From NCBI GenBank assembly GCA_963796455.1, contig CAWCLO010000002.1, positions 1 through 64,000 on the forward strand: DNA of 64,000 nt, read 5' to 3'. Position 1 is the first letter of the stretch. The number at the start of each line of letters is the position of its first letter. The notes beneath the pieces were generated by a model. That model was given only the letters and a program-made list of their open reading frames with translations. It was not told the DNA's origin and made no database searches. The translations under genes and the position numbers were made by a program. The stretch comes from Candidatus Sulfomarinibacteraceae bacterium. Its GTDB lineage: Bacteria > Acidobacteriota > Thermoanaerobaculia > Thermoanaerobaculales > Sulfomarinibacteraceae. Of this stretch, positions 45,474 to 55,004 are shown piece after piece.

Positions 45474-47156
45474 ATGAGTTTGTTCACATCCGCGCTTGCC
45501 GAGCGGCAGCCCGATCCAGCCGACCGGCGGTGGATATACGTCCCCTACGACCAGATCTCGGCGGATATCGGCCCGCTGTCTCGGGTGGACCCTGCCGACA
45601 TCGGTATCGTGCTGGTCGAGAACCCATGGAAGGCCTCTCGCCGCCCCTATCACCGGCAGAAGCTGGCGTTGATTCTCGCCAACGGCCGCCACTTCGCCCT
45701 TGAACAAGCCGAGCGTGGGGTTGCCGTCCGGCTGGAGGTCGCCCGAGGCCCGTATCGGGACAAACTCGCGGAAGTGGTTTCTCAGCTCGGTCGACTCGAG
45801 GTCATGCGCCCCGCGGAGTACGAGCTGCGATTGGATCTCGAGCCGCTGTTTGCCTCCGAGGCATTGGTCGAAATTCCCCACGAGGGCTGGTTGTCGGATA
45901 GCAGCGACTTTGATGCCAGCCAGAAGGAACAGCCCCCGTGGCGAATGGACGCGTTCTACCGTCAGGTGCGCCGGCGTTCGGGAATCCTGATGGACGGCGG
46001 CAAGCCGTTTGGCGGGAAGTACAGCTTTGATGCCGACAACCGTCGGCCCTGGAAGGGTGAGCCGCCGGCACCTTCACCACCGGTCTTCGAACCCGACGAG
46101 ATAACGCTCGAGGTTGGTGAACTGATCGAACGCCGATTTTCGCAGCATCCGGGTACGTGCGACCTGACGGCTCTTCCGGCAACCCACGACGACGCCGAGC
46201 GGCTGTGGCGGTGGGCATTGGAGGCATGCCTTCCGACATTCGGACCGTATGAGGATGCGATGTCGATCCGTAGTCGGGGACTCTTTCATACCCGGATCTC
46301 GGGCCTTCTCAATATCCACCGGTTGGTGCCGAAACGGGTGGTCGACGATGTCGCCGCGATGGATATCGAGCTCGCCAGTCAGGAAGGCTTTATTCGTCAG
46401 GTTCTGGGGTGGCGGGAGTTCGTGCGCCACGTGCACGAACGCACGATGGGTTTCCGCGACCTCGGCGGCGCCCGGCAGACGATCGAGGAGTCTCCCGGCG
46501 ATGGTGGATGGTCGCGTTGGAGCGGACAGGTCTGGCCCGCAAATGAAATCGGCGACGATGTGCACGCCGGCGCCAGCCCGACATACCTCGCAGTCGATCG
46601 TCCGTTGCCTCTTGGTTATTGGCCGGATCAACCGACTGGGCTCGAGTGCCTCGATCGGGTGGTGGACGACGTCTGGTCGGATGCGTGGACCCACCACATC
46701 CCGCGTCTGATGGTCCTCGCCAACCTTGCCACGCTCCTCGATGTGTCGCCACGAGAGCTGACCGACTGGTTCTGGGTCGCCTATCTCGACGCCTTTGATT
46801 GGGTCGTTGAGCCCAATGTGCTCGCCATGGGCACCTTCGGCGTGGGGCCGCTGATGACCACCAAACCCTATGTTTCGGGTGCCGCTTATATCAACAGAAT
46901 GAGCGATTTCTGTGCGGGCTGTGCCTTCGATCCAAAGAAGGACTGCCCGATCACGAACCTGTACTGGGCCTTCCTCGCCCGGCATCGCGATCGCCTGGCT
47001 GACAATCCGCGAATGCGTTTGATCTTCAGTTCTCTCAGCAAACGAAGTGAGAAACTGCAGGAGATCGATCGCCAGGTCTTCGACTGGGTTTCTCAGACGC
47101 TCTCATCGGGTGGGTGCCTCCGGCCCGGTTTCCTTGAGGAGGATCGCGATGAATGA
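45474..47156 (+). CDS. Cryptochrome/photolyase of the FeS-BCP (PhrB/CryB-like) class
   Basis: YHRQKL; RMDAFYR; GGKYSFDADNR; FGPYEDAM; EGFIRQVLGWREF; HHIPRLM; DAFDWV; TKPY; MSDFCAGC...CP. Confidence 0.92.
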   Translation: MSLFTSALAERQPDPADRRWIYVPYDQISADIGPLSRVDPADIGIVLVENPWKASRRPYHRQKLALILANGRHFALEQAERGVAVRLEVARGPYRDKLAEVVSQLGRLEVMRPAEYELRLDLEPLFASEALVEIPHEGWLSDSSDFDASQKEQPPWRMDAFYRQVRRRSGILMDGGKPFGGKYSFDADNRRPWKGEPPAPSPPVFEPDEITLEVGELIERRFSQHPGTCDLTALPATHDDAERLWRWALEACLPTFGPYEDAMSIRSRGLFHTRISGLLNIHRLVPKRVVDDVAAMDIELASQEGFIRQVLGWREFVRHVHERTMGFRDLGGARQTIEESPGDGGWSRWSGQVWPANEIGDDVHAGASPTYLAVDRPLPLGYWPDQPTGLECLDRVVDDVWSDAWTHHIPRLMVLANLATLLDVSPRELTDWFWVAYLDAFDWVVEPNVLAMGTFGVGPLMTTKPYVSGAAYINRMSDFCAGCAFDPKKDCPITNLYWAFLARHRDRLADNPRMRLIFSSLSKRSEKLQEIDRQVFDWVSQTLSSGGCLRPGFLEEDRDE

Positions 47157-47448
47157 TCCGCTGCGAATCGAAAACGTCGCCGCCGCCGGCGATCTTGATT
47201 TTGCCGCTGCCAAGGCTTTGGCCGACGAGGTTGCAGCCGGGGCTCTTGACGAACCAATCTGTATGTCGTGGTACGACCGAGCCGCCGACCGCGAGTCGCC
47301 GGCGCACGCCAGCGAGTGTCATGGAGACTGTGAGATGCCGGGTTACGTCGAGTACGCTCTTACCCGTGGAGCGGAACTCCAGGTGGTGGTTGGCGAAGGC
47401 GCCTTTGTCTTCTGCTACCGGCCGCTCGGGGAGTTCGCGAGCTCGTAA
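47149..47448 (+). CDS. Small AF1514/DUF5619-like protein
   Basis: LDFAAAKALA...MSWYDR...ESP...EC...PGYVEYA...GA.L.V.V. Overlaps the photolyase stop. Confidence 0.65.
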   Translation: MNDPLRIENVAAAGDLDFAAAKALADEVAAGALDEPICMSWYDRAADRESPAHASECHGDCEMPGYVEYALTRGAELQVVVGEGAFVFCYRPLGEFASS

Positions 47449-47480
47449 GGGAAGCCTTTTCAGATGGTGGATGTTCGCAA

Positions 47481-48152
47481 ATGGTGATGAAGCAAGTTGT
47501 TGATCTCGATCGTGTGAGCCGCAACTACCGCCGCGGCGATGAAGAGGTGCGGGCCCTGGTCGAGCTGTCCCTGCAACTCGAAGCGGGTGAGATGGTGGCG
47601 TTGGTCGGGCCGTCGGGTTGCGGAAAGTCGACGGCCCTCAATCTGGTGGCGGCGGTGGATCGCCCCGATGGCGGGACGGTGAGAGTTTGCGGAGTCGATC
47701 TCACTTCGGCCACCGAGAAAGATCTCGTCGATCTCCGCCGGCGCCGGATCGGAATGGTCTTCCAGGCCTTTCATCTCGTTCCCCACCTGACCGTCGAAGA
47801 GAACGTCGCCCTGCCGTTGGCCCTCGATCATCGCCGCGATCCACAGCGAGTCGGGGATCTGATCGAGCGGGTCGGATTGGCGCATCGTCGCCAACACTAC
47901 CCGTCCGAGTTGTCGGGCGGAGAGCAACAGCGCACGGCGGTCGCTCGCGCCCTCGTCCACCGTCCACGCATCCTCGTGGCCGACGAACCGACCGGCAATC
48001 TCGACTCGCGCACCGGGGCGGCCGTCATGGAGCTTTTGGCCGAACTGCGCAGGGCCGAAGGGGCCGCGCTCCTGCTGGCGACCCACGACCACGAGGTGGC
48101 CTCCTCGTCGGACCGCGTCTGCGAACTCGCCGACGGCCGGCTGGTTGGTTGA
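47481..48152 (+). CDS. ABC transporter ATP-binding protein (LolD/AttE-like)
   Basis: GPSGCGKST; LSGGEQQR; ADEPTGNLD. Confidence 0.95.
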   Translation: MVMKQVVDLDRVSRNYRRGDEEVRALVELSLQLEAGEMVALVGPSGCGKSTALNLVAAVDRPDGGTVRVCGVDLTSATEKDLVDLRRRRIGMVFQAFHLVPHLTVEENVALPLALDHRRDPQRVGDLIERVGLAHRRQHYPSELSGGEQQRTAVARALVHRPRILVADEPTGNLDSRTGAAVMELLAELRRAEGAALLLATHDHEVASSSDRVCELADGRLVG

Positions 48153-48163
48153 GGACTGCCGGG

Positions 48164-50701
48164 GTGATTCTCCGCGCTCTCTTTCTGAGGCCCTTGCGAC
48201 GACGCCCTCTGCGTTTTGCGGTGACGATCCTCGGTGTGGCCGCCGGGGTGGCTGCTGTGATTTCGACCATCTCGGCGAGCCGTGCGGCGATCGCCTCCTT
48301 TGCCGAAGGCGTGGAGGAAGTGGCCGGTGCCGCCCGTCTCGAGATCACTCGCCCCGGAGGTCTGCCGGAGGGCCTTCTCGCCGACCTGAAACCGTTGGCG
48401 GGCGACGCCCTGGTGGTTCCGGTGGTGGAAGAGAGTTTGCTTCTGATCGAGCTCGATGACGGCGTACGCTTGTTCGGAACCGACCTCCTCCTCGACGCCA
48501 AGATTCGACCGGTGCTCTCGGAGGATCGGCGGCTCCCGGATCTCGAATCGACGCTGCTCGGCTTCGGCGTTCTGGTCTCGCGGCCGCTGGCGTCCCAGCT
48601 CGGGTTGGGGGTCGGGGATGAACTGACGATTTCAGCGGAAGGTCGTCCGCGATCGATCGAGATCGCGGCCGTCTTCGAGGTCGAAGGTCTGTCCGTCATC
48701 TGGGAACGAGTCCTCGTCATGGACGTGGCTCCGGCTCAAGAGCTGCTCGGACGGGTCGGTCGCCTGGACCGTATCGAGCTCGTACCTCGGCCCGGGGTCG
48801 ATCTTTCTGATCTGGAACAAAGGGCCACCGCCCTGATGCCGGCGGACGTCCGGATCGGAGAACCCTCCGAGCGGCGCCGATTTGCCGAACAGATGCTCGC
48901 CTCGTTGCGATTCAATCTGATTGCATTGTCCGCAATCTCGGTTCTCGTGGGTGGTGTTTTGGTGGCCACGACCCTGGCGACATCGGTCGTGCAGAGGCGG
49001 TATGTCGTGTCGCTCCTGAGATCGTTGGGCGCTTCGAGACGGCGGGTCGCTGCCGTGGTTTTGATCGAGGCGGCGGCGATCGGTGTGATCGGTGGCGCCC
49101 TGGGGGTCGGGACCGGGTTTTTTGGCGCCCGGTTGGCTCTCGACAGCGTGCGATTTACGGTTGCTTCGGTGGTGCGCGGGATCCCGGCGTCGGAGATCGT
49201 CTTCGATCCCACGCTGGCTTTCTTTGGAATCCTGATCGCGGTGGCGACCGCGCTTGCCGCAGCGGTTCTCCCGGTACTCGAGGTGACAGCTACGCCGCCG
49301 CTGCAGGGTCTGAGTGCGACGCCTCCCCGCCGGTTGGGGGTCCGCACCTGGTGCTACCTGACGGCTACCCTTCTTGTGATGGCAGCGATCGCCGCTGCAT
49401 TGACCCAGGCGCCGCCGTTGTGGGATCTGCCGGTCGCGGCTCTGGTCGCGGCATTGATCGTCATGTCGGCTCTGTTGGTGGGATCCGGCGCGCTCCTGGA
49501 TGTTCTGGCTCGCCTCGGTCGCCGCCCCCTTTCTCTGCTGGGGGCTGTCGCCCTCCGTCTTGCTTCGGCGGCCCTTTCCGCCGGGCGGCGCCGGGCGGCC
49601 TGGGCGGCGGGTTCGGCGGCCGTCGCGGTGGCCTTGGCAGTGGCGATCGCAACGATGGTGACTTCATTCAGGGCCACGGTCGAAGACTGGACCGAAGCGG
49701 GAATGCGGGCTGATGTCTGGGTCCGTCCGTTGGCTGCGTCCACCGGCGTGTGGGTCGGGCGCCTCAACCCCGAGGTCGTGACCATCGCCGAAGACCTCTT
49801 CGGGGCGGAGGCAGTGGATCCGTTCTATTCCGTAACGGTGTCGTACGAAGACCGTCCGGTGAGCTTTGCCGGGGCGGCCTTCGATGTGGTCCAGCATTTT
49901 GGGAGCGTGCCGTTTCCCGGGCGGGACTCGGCGGCCGTATTTCGGGAGGCATACCGACGGGGTGGCGCGGTGGTCAACGAACCATTTGCCACCCGGTTTT
50001 CGGTTGCTGAAGGAGACACCATTCGGATGGACCTCCCGGGGGGAAGCCTGGAGCGCGAGGTCATTGGTGTCTTTCGCGATTACTCCCGATCGCATGGCCT
50101 GGTGGTGGTGGACCGGGTTGATTTTCTGCGTTTTTTTCCGGACCGGGGCCCCGAGGATATGGCGCTCTTTCTCCCGGGATTGGATCCGTCTTCGGCACGT
50201 GAGCAGATGCTCGAGGCAGTTCGGGGACGGTTCCTGGTCGAGGCGCTCGTCAACCGAGAGCTGCGATCCGCGGTGCTCGACGCCTTCGAGCGAACCTTCG
50301 CGATCACGACGGCGATGTATTTGGTTGCGGCCGTGGTGTCAGTCGTCGCGATCATCACGGTGCTCTTCACTCTGGTGGCGGAGCGGCGGCGCGAGTTGGC
50401 TACGGTGCGGGCCCTCGGTGGCTCAAGATTCCAGCTGATGTCAATGGTGATTGCCGAAGCGGGTCTTCTCGGGCTGGCGGCAGCAGCGGCCGGGAGCGTT
50501 GCGGGGTTGGTGGTCGGCGTCATTCTGGTCAAGGTCGTCAATCTCCAGTCCTTTGGATGGTCGCTCGAGCTGGTCCTGCCGTGGGCTTCCCTCGCTCAAA
50601 TGGCCGGTTGGGTGATGGCGGCCTGCCTGCTTGCGGGACTCCCCCCGGCCTTGGCTGCGGCGCGGATTCAACCGGCCGTTGTCCTGCGGGAGGAGACGTA
50701 G
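48164..50701 (+). CDS. ABC permease with two FtsX domains (AttF/G-like)
   Basis: Two MacB/FtsX repeats (SLLRSLGAS; ATVRALGGS; VNLQSFGW). Probable GTG start at 48164. Confidence 0.88.
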   Translation: MILRALFLRPLRRRPLRFAVTILGVAAGVAAVISTISASRAAIASFAEGVEEVAGAARLEITRPGGLPEGLLADLKPLAGDALVVPVVEESLLLIELDDGVRLFGTDLLLDAKIRPVLSEDRRLPDLESTLLGFGVLVSRPLASQLGLGVGDELTISAEGRPRSIEIAAVFEVEGLSVIWERVLVMDVAPAQELLGRVGRLDRIELVPRPGVDLSDLEQRATALMPADVRIGEPSERRRFAEQMLASLRFNLIALSAISVLVGGVLVATTLATSVVQRRYVVSLLRSLGASRRRVAAVVLIEAAAIGVIGGALGVGTGFFGARLALDSVRFTVASVVRGIPASEIVFDPTLAFFGILIAVATALAAAVLPVLEVTATPPLQGLSATPPRRLGVRTWCYLTATLLVMAAIAAALTQAPPLWDLPVAALVAALIVMSALLVGSGALLDVLARLGRRPLSLLGAVALRLASAALSAGRRRAAWAAGSAAVAVALAVAIATMVTSFRATVEDWTEAGMRADVWVRPLAASTGVWVGRLNPEVVTIAEDLFGAEAVDPFYSVTVSYEDRPVSFAGAAFDVVQHFGSVPFPGRDSAAVFREAYRRGGAVVNEPFATRFSVAEGDTIRMDLPGGSLEREVIGVFRDYSRSHGLVVVDRVDFLRFFPDRGPEDMALFLPGLDPSSAREQMLEAVRGRFLVEALVNRELRSAVLDAFERTFAITTAMYLVAAVVSVVAIITVLFTLVAERRRELATVRALGGSRFQLMSMVIAEAGLLGLAAAAAGSVAGLVVGVILVKVVNLQSFGWSLELVLPWASLAQMAGWVMAACLLAGLPPALAAARIQPAVVLREET

Positions 50702-51805
50702 ATGAAGAGAAGTCGCATCTTCTGTCCGCTGATCCTCTTTCTCGGCGCGTTTTTGCTGGGTGCTGAGGAGCCGAAACCGCAGTGGCGACGCGTGACGGGA
50801 CCGCCGGTCCTGGACTTTCCACGCGATCACGGGGCCCACCCCGACTACCGCACCGAATGGTGGTACCTGACCGGAATGCTGACCGACGAGCAGGAGCGCC
50901 GATTCGGGTTTCAGGTGACCTTTTTTCGCCACGGTCTCGCACCGGGTGAGTCGGGACCGGAAAGCTCGCAGCTGCGGGCGCGTCAGATTGTGGCCGCCCA
51001 CCTTGCAGTGGCGGATCTTTCAGCGGGGAGATTCCGGCACGCGGAAAGGATTCGCAGAACGGGTGGGGGGCTGGCCGGGTTTTCGGCCACGGATCTCGAG
51101 GTGTGGCTCGATGACTGGCAGATGAGACGACGGAACGATGAAACCATCTTTGTTTCCGCGCGGGATCCGGAGACCGGAATCGGTCTCGAACTCGATGTTC
51201 GCCCGACCCGGGCCATCGTTGCCCATGGCGACGGGGGGTATTCGAAGAAAGGAGCGGAGGACGGGAACGCATCGGTCTATTTGAGTTGGACTCGGTTGGA
51301 AGTCGCCGGAAAAATCGAAGTGGATGGTGAGCCCAGAACGGTCGGGGGTGTGGCGTGGTTTGACCACGAGTGGGGCACCTCGACCCTCGGCGCGGGCGTT
51401 GTCGGGTGGGATTGGTTCAGCCTCAGGCTTGGAGATGGTCGAGATCTCATGGCCTACCGTCTTCGACGGCCGGATGGCTCCGCTGACCCTCGATCATCGG
51501 GAACCCTGGTGGAGGCGACCGGAGAGGTGGCTCACCTGACGCGGGATGAGGTCGAAGTCGAGGTTCTCGAGCACTGGCAAAGCCCCGAAACCGGAGCCCG
51601 ATATCCGACAAGGTGGAAGGTTCGGGTCCCGTCGGTTTCGATCGATCTCGAAGTTCGAGCTCTCATTTCCTCATCCGAACTCGACGGAACCGCGACAACC
51701 GGGGTGGTCTACTGGGAAGGACCGGTTGAAGCTCAGGGCTCCACCACCGGCGAAGGCTACGTCGAGATGACTGGCTACGCCGGCACCCTCGAGGGCAGGT
51801 TTTGA
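50702..51805 (+). CDS. AttH-like / CrtC-lipocalin-domain secreted protein
   Basis: FPRDHGAHPDYRTEWWYLTG; FGFQVTFFR; WFDHEW; GWDWF; YWEG; GYVEMTGY. Confidence 0.9.
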   Translation: MKRSRIFCPLILFLGAFLLGAEEPKPQWRRVTGPPVLDFPRDHGAHPDYRTEWWYLTGMLTDEQERRFGFQVTFFRHGLAPGESGPESSQLRARQIVAAHLAVADLSAGRFRHAERIRRTGGGLAGFSATDLEVWLDDWQMRRRNDETIFVSARDPETGIGLELDVRPTRAIVAHGDGGYSKKGAEDGNASVYLSWTRLEVAGKIEVDGEPRTVGGVAWFDHEWGTSTLGAGVVGWDWFSLRLGDGRDLMAYRLRRPDGSADPRSSGTLVEATGEVAHLTRDEVEVEVLEHWQSPETGARYPTRWKVRVPSVSIDLEVRALISSSELDGTATTGVVYWEGPVEAQGSTTGEGYVEMTGYAGTLEGRF

Positions 51806-51902
51806 GTGTGGGCGAGGCGGCAATCCGATAATCGTCACCAACCAAAACGCAAAATCTTGACCCGCGCGTGGCGAGAGGTCATAGTTCGACCGGGTGGCTC
51901 CG

Positions 51903-52730
51903 ATGAAGAATCTCTCCGTTGATGGACAGGAACCCCGGTTCGGGAATGGGATCGCCTCGAAGGATGGCGCGGATCTCCGCCGACCGGTGTCGCTGGTCGT
52001 GGCCCACCCGGGTCATGAATTGCTGGCCTATGGGTGGCTGCTCGAGCACTCACCGTCAGTGCACATCGTGAGCGACGGCTCCGGTCGTGACTCCGATGCC
52101 AGGATCGAAGCCTCGGCGCATCTGTTGCGGAATGACCTGGGGACTCCCGGATCCGTTTTTGGACGGTGGACGGATCTCGAGCTCTACGAAGCGCTGTTTG
52201 CGGGCCGTTTTGAAGCCTTTCTCACTCTTCGCGATGAGCTCGTCGACGCCTGGTGCGCAGAGGGTGTGCAGACGGTGATCTGCGATGCCTATGAGCGCAA
52301 GATTCTGATGCACGACGTCGTGCAACTTGTTGCATCTGCGGCCGTCGATACAGCCGAAAAAAATGGGCTCGTTATAGAACTGCTGGAACTCCCGAACCAT
52401 ATTGCAGCCGATGAAGAGCGACCAGGAGCCCCGCAACGTCTGGCCGCACTGAATCTTTCTGACGAGTTCTTGAAAAAGAAGATCGAAGCTGCCCGCGGCT
52501 ATCAGTCGGAGGTGATTCAACACGAGGTCGAGGAGTTTCTCCGCCTGCGTGGCGAGGAGAGTTTCCGCGAGGAAGTCCTCTTCCGTGCTCACCGTAAATC
52601 AATCAGTGATCTGGAAAATGAGCCGCGTCCCGCATGGGAGGATCATGGTGAAATCCTGATGCAACAGGGTGTGTACGATCATGTGATCCGGCTTCGAGAA
52701 CACGTCATACCGCTGGTTGAGTCATTGTGA
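51903..52730 (+). CDS. Hypothetical protein with PIG-L/LmbE-like N-terminal motif
   Basis: LVVAHPGHEL...SDGSG...HDV. The stop overlaps the glycosyltransferase start. Confidence 0.6.
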   Translation: MKNLSVDGQEPRFGNGIASKDGADLRRPVSLVVAHPGHELLAYGWLLEHSPSVHIVSDGSGRDSDARIEASAHLLRNDLGTPGSVFGRWTDLELYEALFAGRFEAFLTLRDELVDAWCAEGVQTVICDAYERKILMHDVVQLVASAAVDTAEKNGLVIELLELPNHIAADEERPGAPQRLAALNLSDEFLKKKIEAARGYQSEVIQHEVEEFLRLRGEESFREEVLFRAHRKSISDLENEPRPAWEDHGEILMQQGVYDHVIRLREHVIPLVESL

Positions 52731-53908
52731 GAATTCTCATCACCAACAACACGCTCGACGTCCGGGCAGGATCGGAGCTCTATGTTCGGGATCTGGCGAT
52801 TGCGCTCATCGGTCGCGGCCACCATCCCATCGCATACAGCCAGAGTCTCGGCGAGGTAGCCGATGAGTTGCGCGCGGCGACCGTGTCGGTGGTGGACGAT
52901 CTGAACAAGGTTTCCGAAGCGCCGCACCTCATTCACGGTCAGCACCATCTCGAGACCATGACCGCGCTGCTCCATTTTCAAGGGGTGCCCGCGGTCTTTT
53001 TCTGTCACGGGTGGATGCCCTGGCAGGAAGCGCCGCCCCTGCACCCGCGGATTGTCCGTTATGTCGCCGTCGATGATGTGTGCCGGCAGCGTCTGGTCGA
53101 CGAGGGCGGGGTTCCTCCGGACATGACCGAGGTTCTCCTGAACTTCGTGGATCTGGAACGGTTTCGACCGCGGCCCTCCCTGCCGAAGGTGCTCCAAAAG
53201 GCCTTGTTCTATTCGAACAACGGTGGAACGGATGGTGGGGTCGCAGCACTGAGACGTGTTTGTTCCGAGCGCGGGATGGAGCTCGATATCGTCGGTCAGG
53301 CGTCGGGGAATCCTACGGCCTCACCGGAATTCCTGCTCCCGGAATACGACCTCGTTTTTGCCCGGGGTCGGGCCGCCCTGGAAGCCATGGCCGTCGGGTG
53401 TGCCGTCATTCTGTGCGATGCCAAAAGGGTGGGGCCGCTGGTGGATTCTTCGAATTTTGACACACTGCGTCCGCTCAATTTTGGTCTTCGGGCGCTGCGG
53501 TCGCCGGTGAGCGCCAAGTCTCTCGGCGCACAGTTGGATTGCTTCGATCGAGACGATGCGGCCTCCGTCAGCGCCCGGGTGCGCCGCGAGGCCGGACTCT
53601 CCGACGTGGTGGATCGTTTGTTGGTTCTGTATCAAGAGTCCGTCAAAACGGTGGAAAGCTCGGCTGCCGCGGAGGGGCGGGCGACGGCCGACTATTTGCG
53701 CGGTCTGGCGCCGAGGATCAAAGAAAACGAGCAGCTCCAGCTGCAATTGACCAACGCCGTTGATGCGGCGCTTCACTGGCAGCAGGGGGCCGAGTCCATA
53801 GCCGGGGCCAACGATTGGCTCGAGCAGGAAAAACGGCGGGCCGAACAGATTGCGGCAGCCCTGGAGGAAGAAAACGCCCGGCTGCGCGGAGAACTCGATG
53901 GTGGCTGA
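52727..53908 (+). CDS. Glycosyltransferase (GT4-like) with C-terminal coiled coil
   Basis: MRILITN...GSELYVRDLA...GH; GRAALEAMAVGCAVI. Confidence 0.85.
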   Translation: MRILITNNTLDVRAGSELYVRDLAIALIGRGHHPIAYSQSLGEVADELRAATVSVVDDLNKVSEAPHLIHGQHHLETMTALLHFQGVPAVFFCHGWMPWQEAPPLHPRIVRYVAVDDVCRQRLVDEGGVPPDMTEVLLNFVDLERFRPRPSLPKVLQKALFYSNNGGTDGGVAALRRVCSERGMELDIVGQASGNPTASPEFLLPEYDLVFARGRAALEAMAVGCAVILCDAKRVGPLVDSSNFDTLRPLNFGLRALRSPVSAKSLGAQLDCFDRDDAASVSARVRREAGLSDVVDRLLVLYQESVKTVESSAAAEGRATADYLRGLAPRIKENEQLQLQLTNAVDAALHWQQGAESIAGANDWLEQEKRRAEQIAAALEEENARLRGELDGG

Positions 53909-53943
53909 TCAGTCCTCCGTTATTTCCCGGCGGGATACGAGAC

Positions 53944-54939
53944 TCACACACGATTGCGCAGCATGAGTTCTCGAGGGTGCGGCTCGAGGTAGAGCTGTCC
54001 CTGCAGATACCCGATGCCGTGCTTGGCCACGTGGTGTCTCAGGAGCGTGACCGGGACAATCAGCGGCACCATGTCGTTGCGGTAGTCCTCGATCAACGAC
54101 ACCAGTTCATTTCGTTCGAAGGAGTCGAGGTCCCGCTTGAGGTATCCGAGGGCGTGATACAGCACATTGGCGTGGCGTTTGCGGGTGGCGCGGTTTGAGA
54201 GGACCTTGTTGAACTCCTCTTCGTATGCCCGGTAGAGCTCGGCGTCGGGAACGCTTCCCGCCGAGGCGACGATGCGACCGAGGCGCCGGTAACCCGCCTC
54301 GTTATGGGCGCGCAGCAACAGTTTGTGGGCGGTGTGGAACTCCACCAGCCGGCGGCGCGAAAAACCTCGCCGCTCCAGCGAGCGCCAGCGGTGGCGGCAG
54401 AAGACGTGTTCGATAAAGCGCGCGCGAAGCATCGGATCATTCAATCGGCCCTCTTCTTCCACCGGCAGATTGGGCCACTTTTCCATCAGGATACGGGCAA
54501 AGACACCGGCCCCCGCTTTCAACGGCATCCCGGCCTCGGTGTAGACCTTGACCCGCTCCATTCCGCAGCTCGGAGAGGCGCGTTTGAGGAGATAGCCGTC
54601 AAGGCCCGAGGCCATAAGCGCGTCGACCTTTTTCTCCGAGTAGATCTCCATCTTTCCGGTCAGGTCCTCGCCGGACTTGGGCTCGATGAGACGCGGGTTG
54701 TCCCCTCCTTCGACGAGCCGGATCGTTGGCCTCGGGATCCCGAGGCCAATATCGAGCTCTGGGCAGACCGGCACCCAGTCGAACCACTCGCCGAGGACAT
54801 CAGTCAGATAGCGGTCGCGTTTGTGGCCGCCGTCGAATCGGACCTTGGCGCCGAGTAGACAGGACGAGACGCCGAGTCGAATGGGTTCGTCGTCGTGCCA
54901 CGGACGCCACGAAGGTTGGGGTTTTTCAGCTTGATTCAT
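53944..54939 (-). CDS. DUF523 + DUF1722 protein (YbgA-like; 2-thiouracil desulfurase family domain)
   Basis: GVSSCLLGAKVRFDGGHK; VCPE; SPSCG; PVEEEGRL; FHTAHK; YLEPHPREL. Confidence 0.92.
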   Translation of the reverse strand: MNQAEKPQPSWRPWHDDEPIRLGVSSCLLGAKVRFDGGHKRDRYLTDVLGEWFDWVPVCPELDIGLGIPRPTIRLVEGGDNPRLIEPKSGEDLTGKMEIYSEKKVDALMASGLDGYLLKRASPSCGMERVKVYTEAGMPLKAGAGVFARILMEKWPNLPVEEEGRLNDPMLRARFIEHVFCRHRWRSLERRGFSRRRLVEFHTAHKLLLRAHNEAGYRRLGRIVASAGSVPDAELYRAYEEEFNKVLSNRATRKRHANVLYHALGYLKRDLDSFERNELVSLIEDYRNDMVPLIVPVTLLRHHVAKHGIGYLQGQLYLEPHPRELMLRNRV

Positions 54940-55004
54940 GGCCTCATCATGACACGGATCGCACCGGCCCGGGGTTCGGTTAGCATGAGCCCGAGGGGGC
55001 TCAT

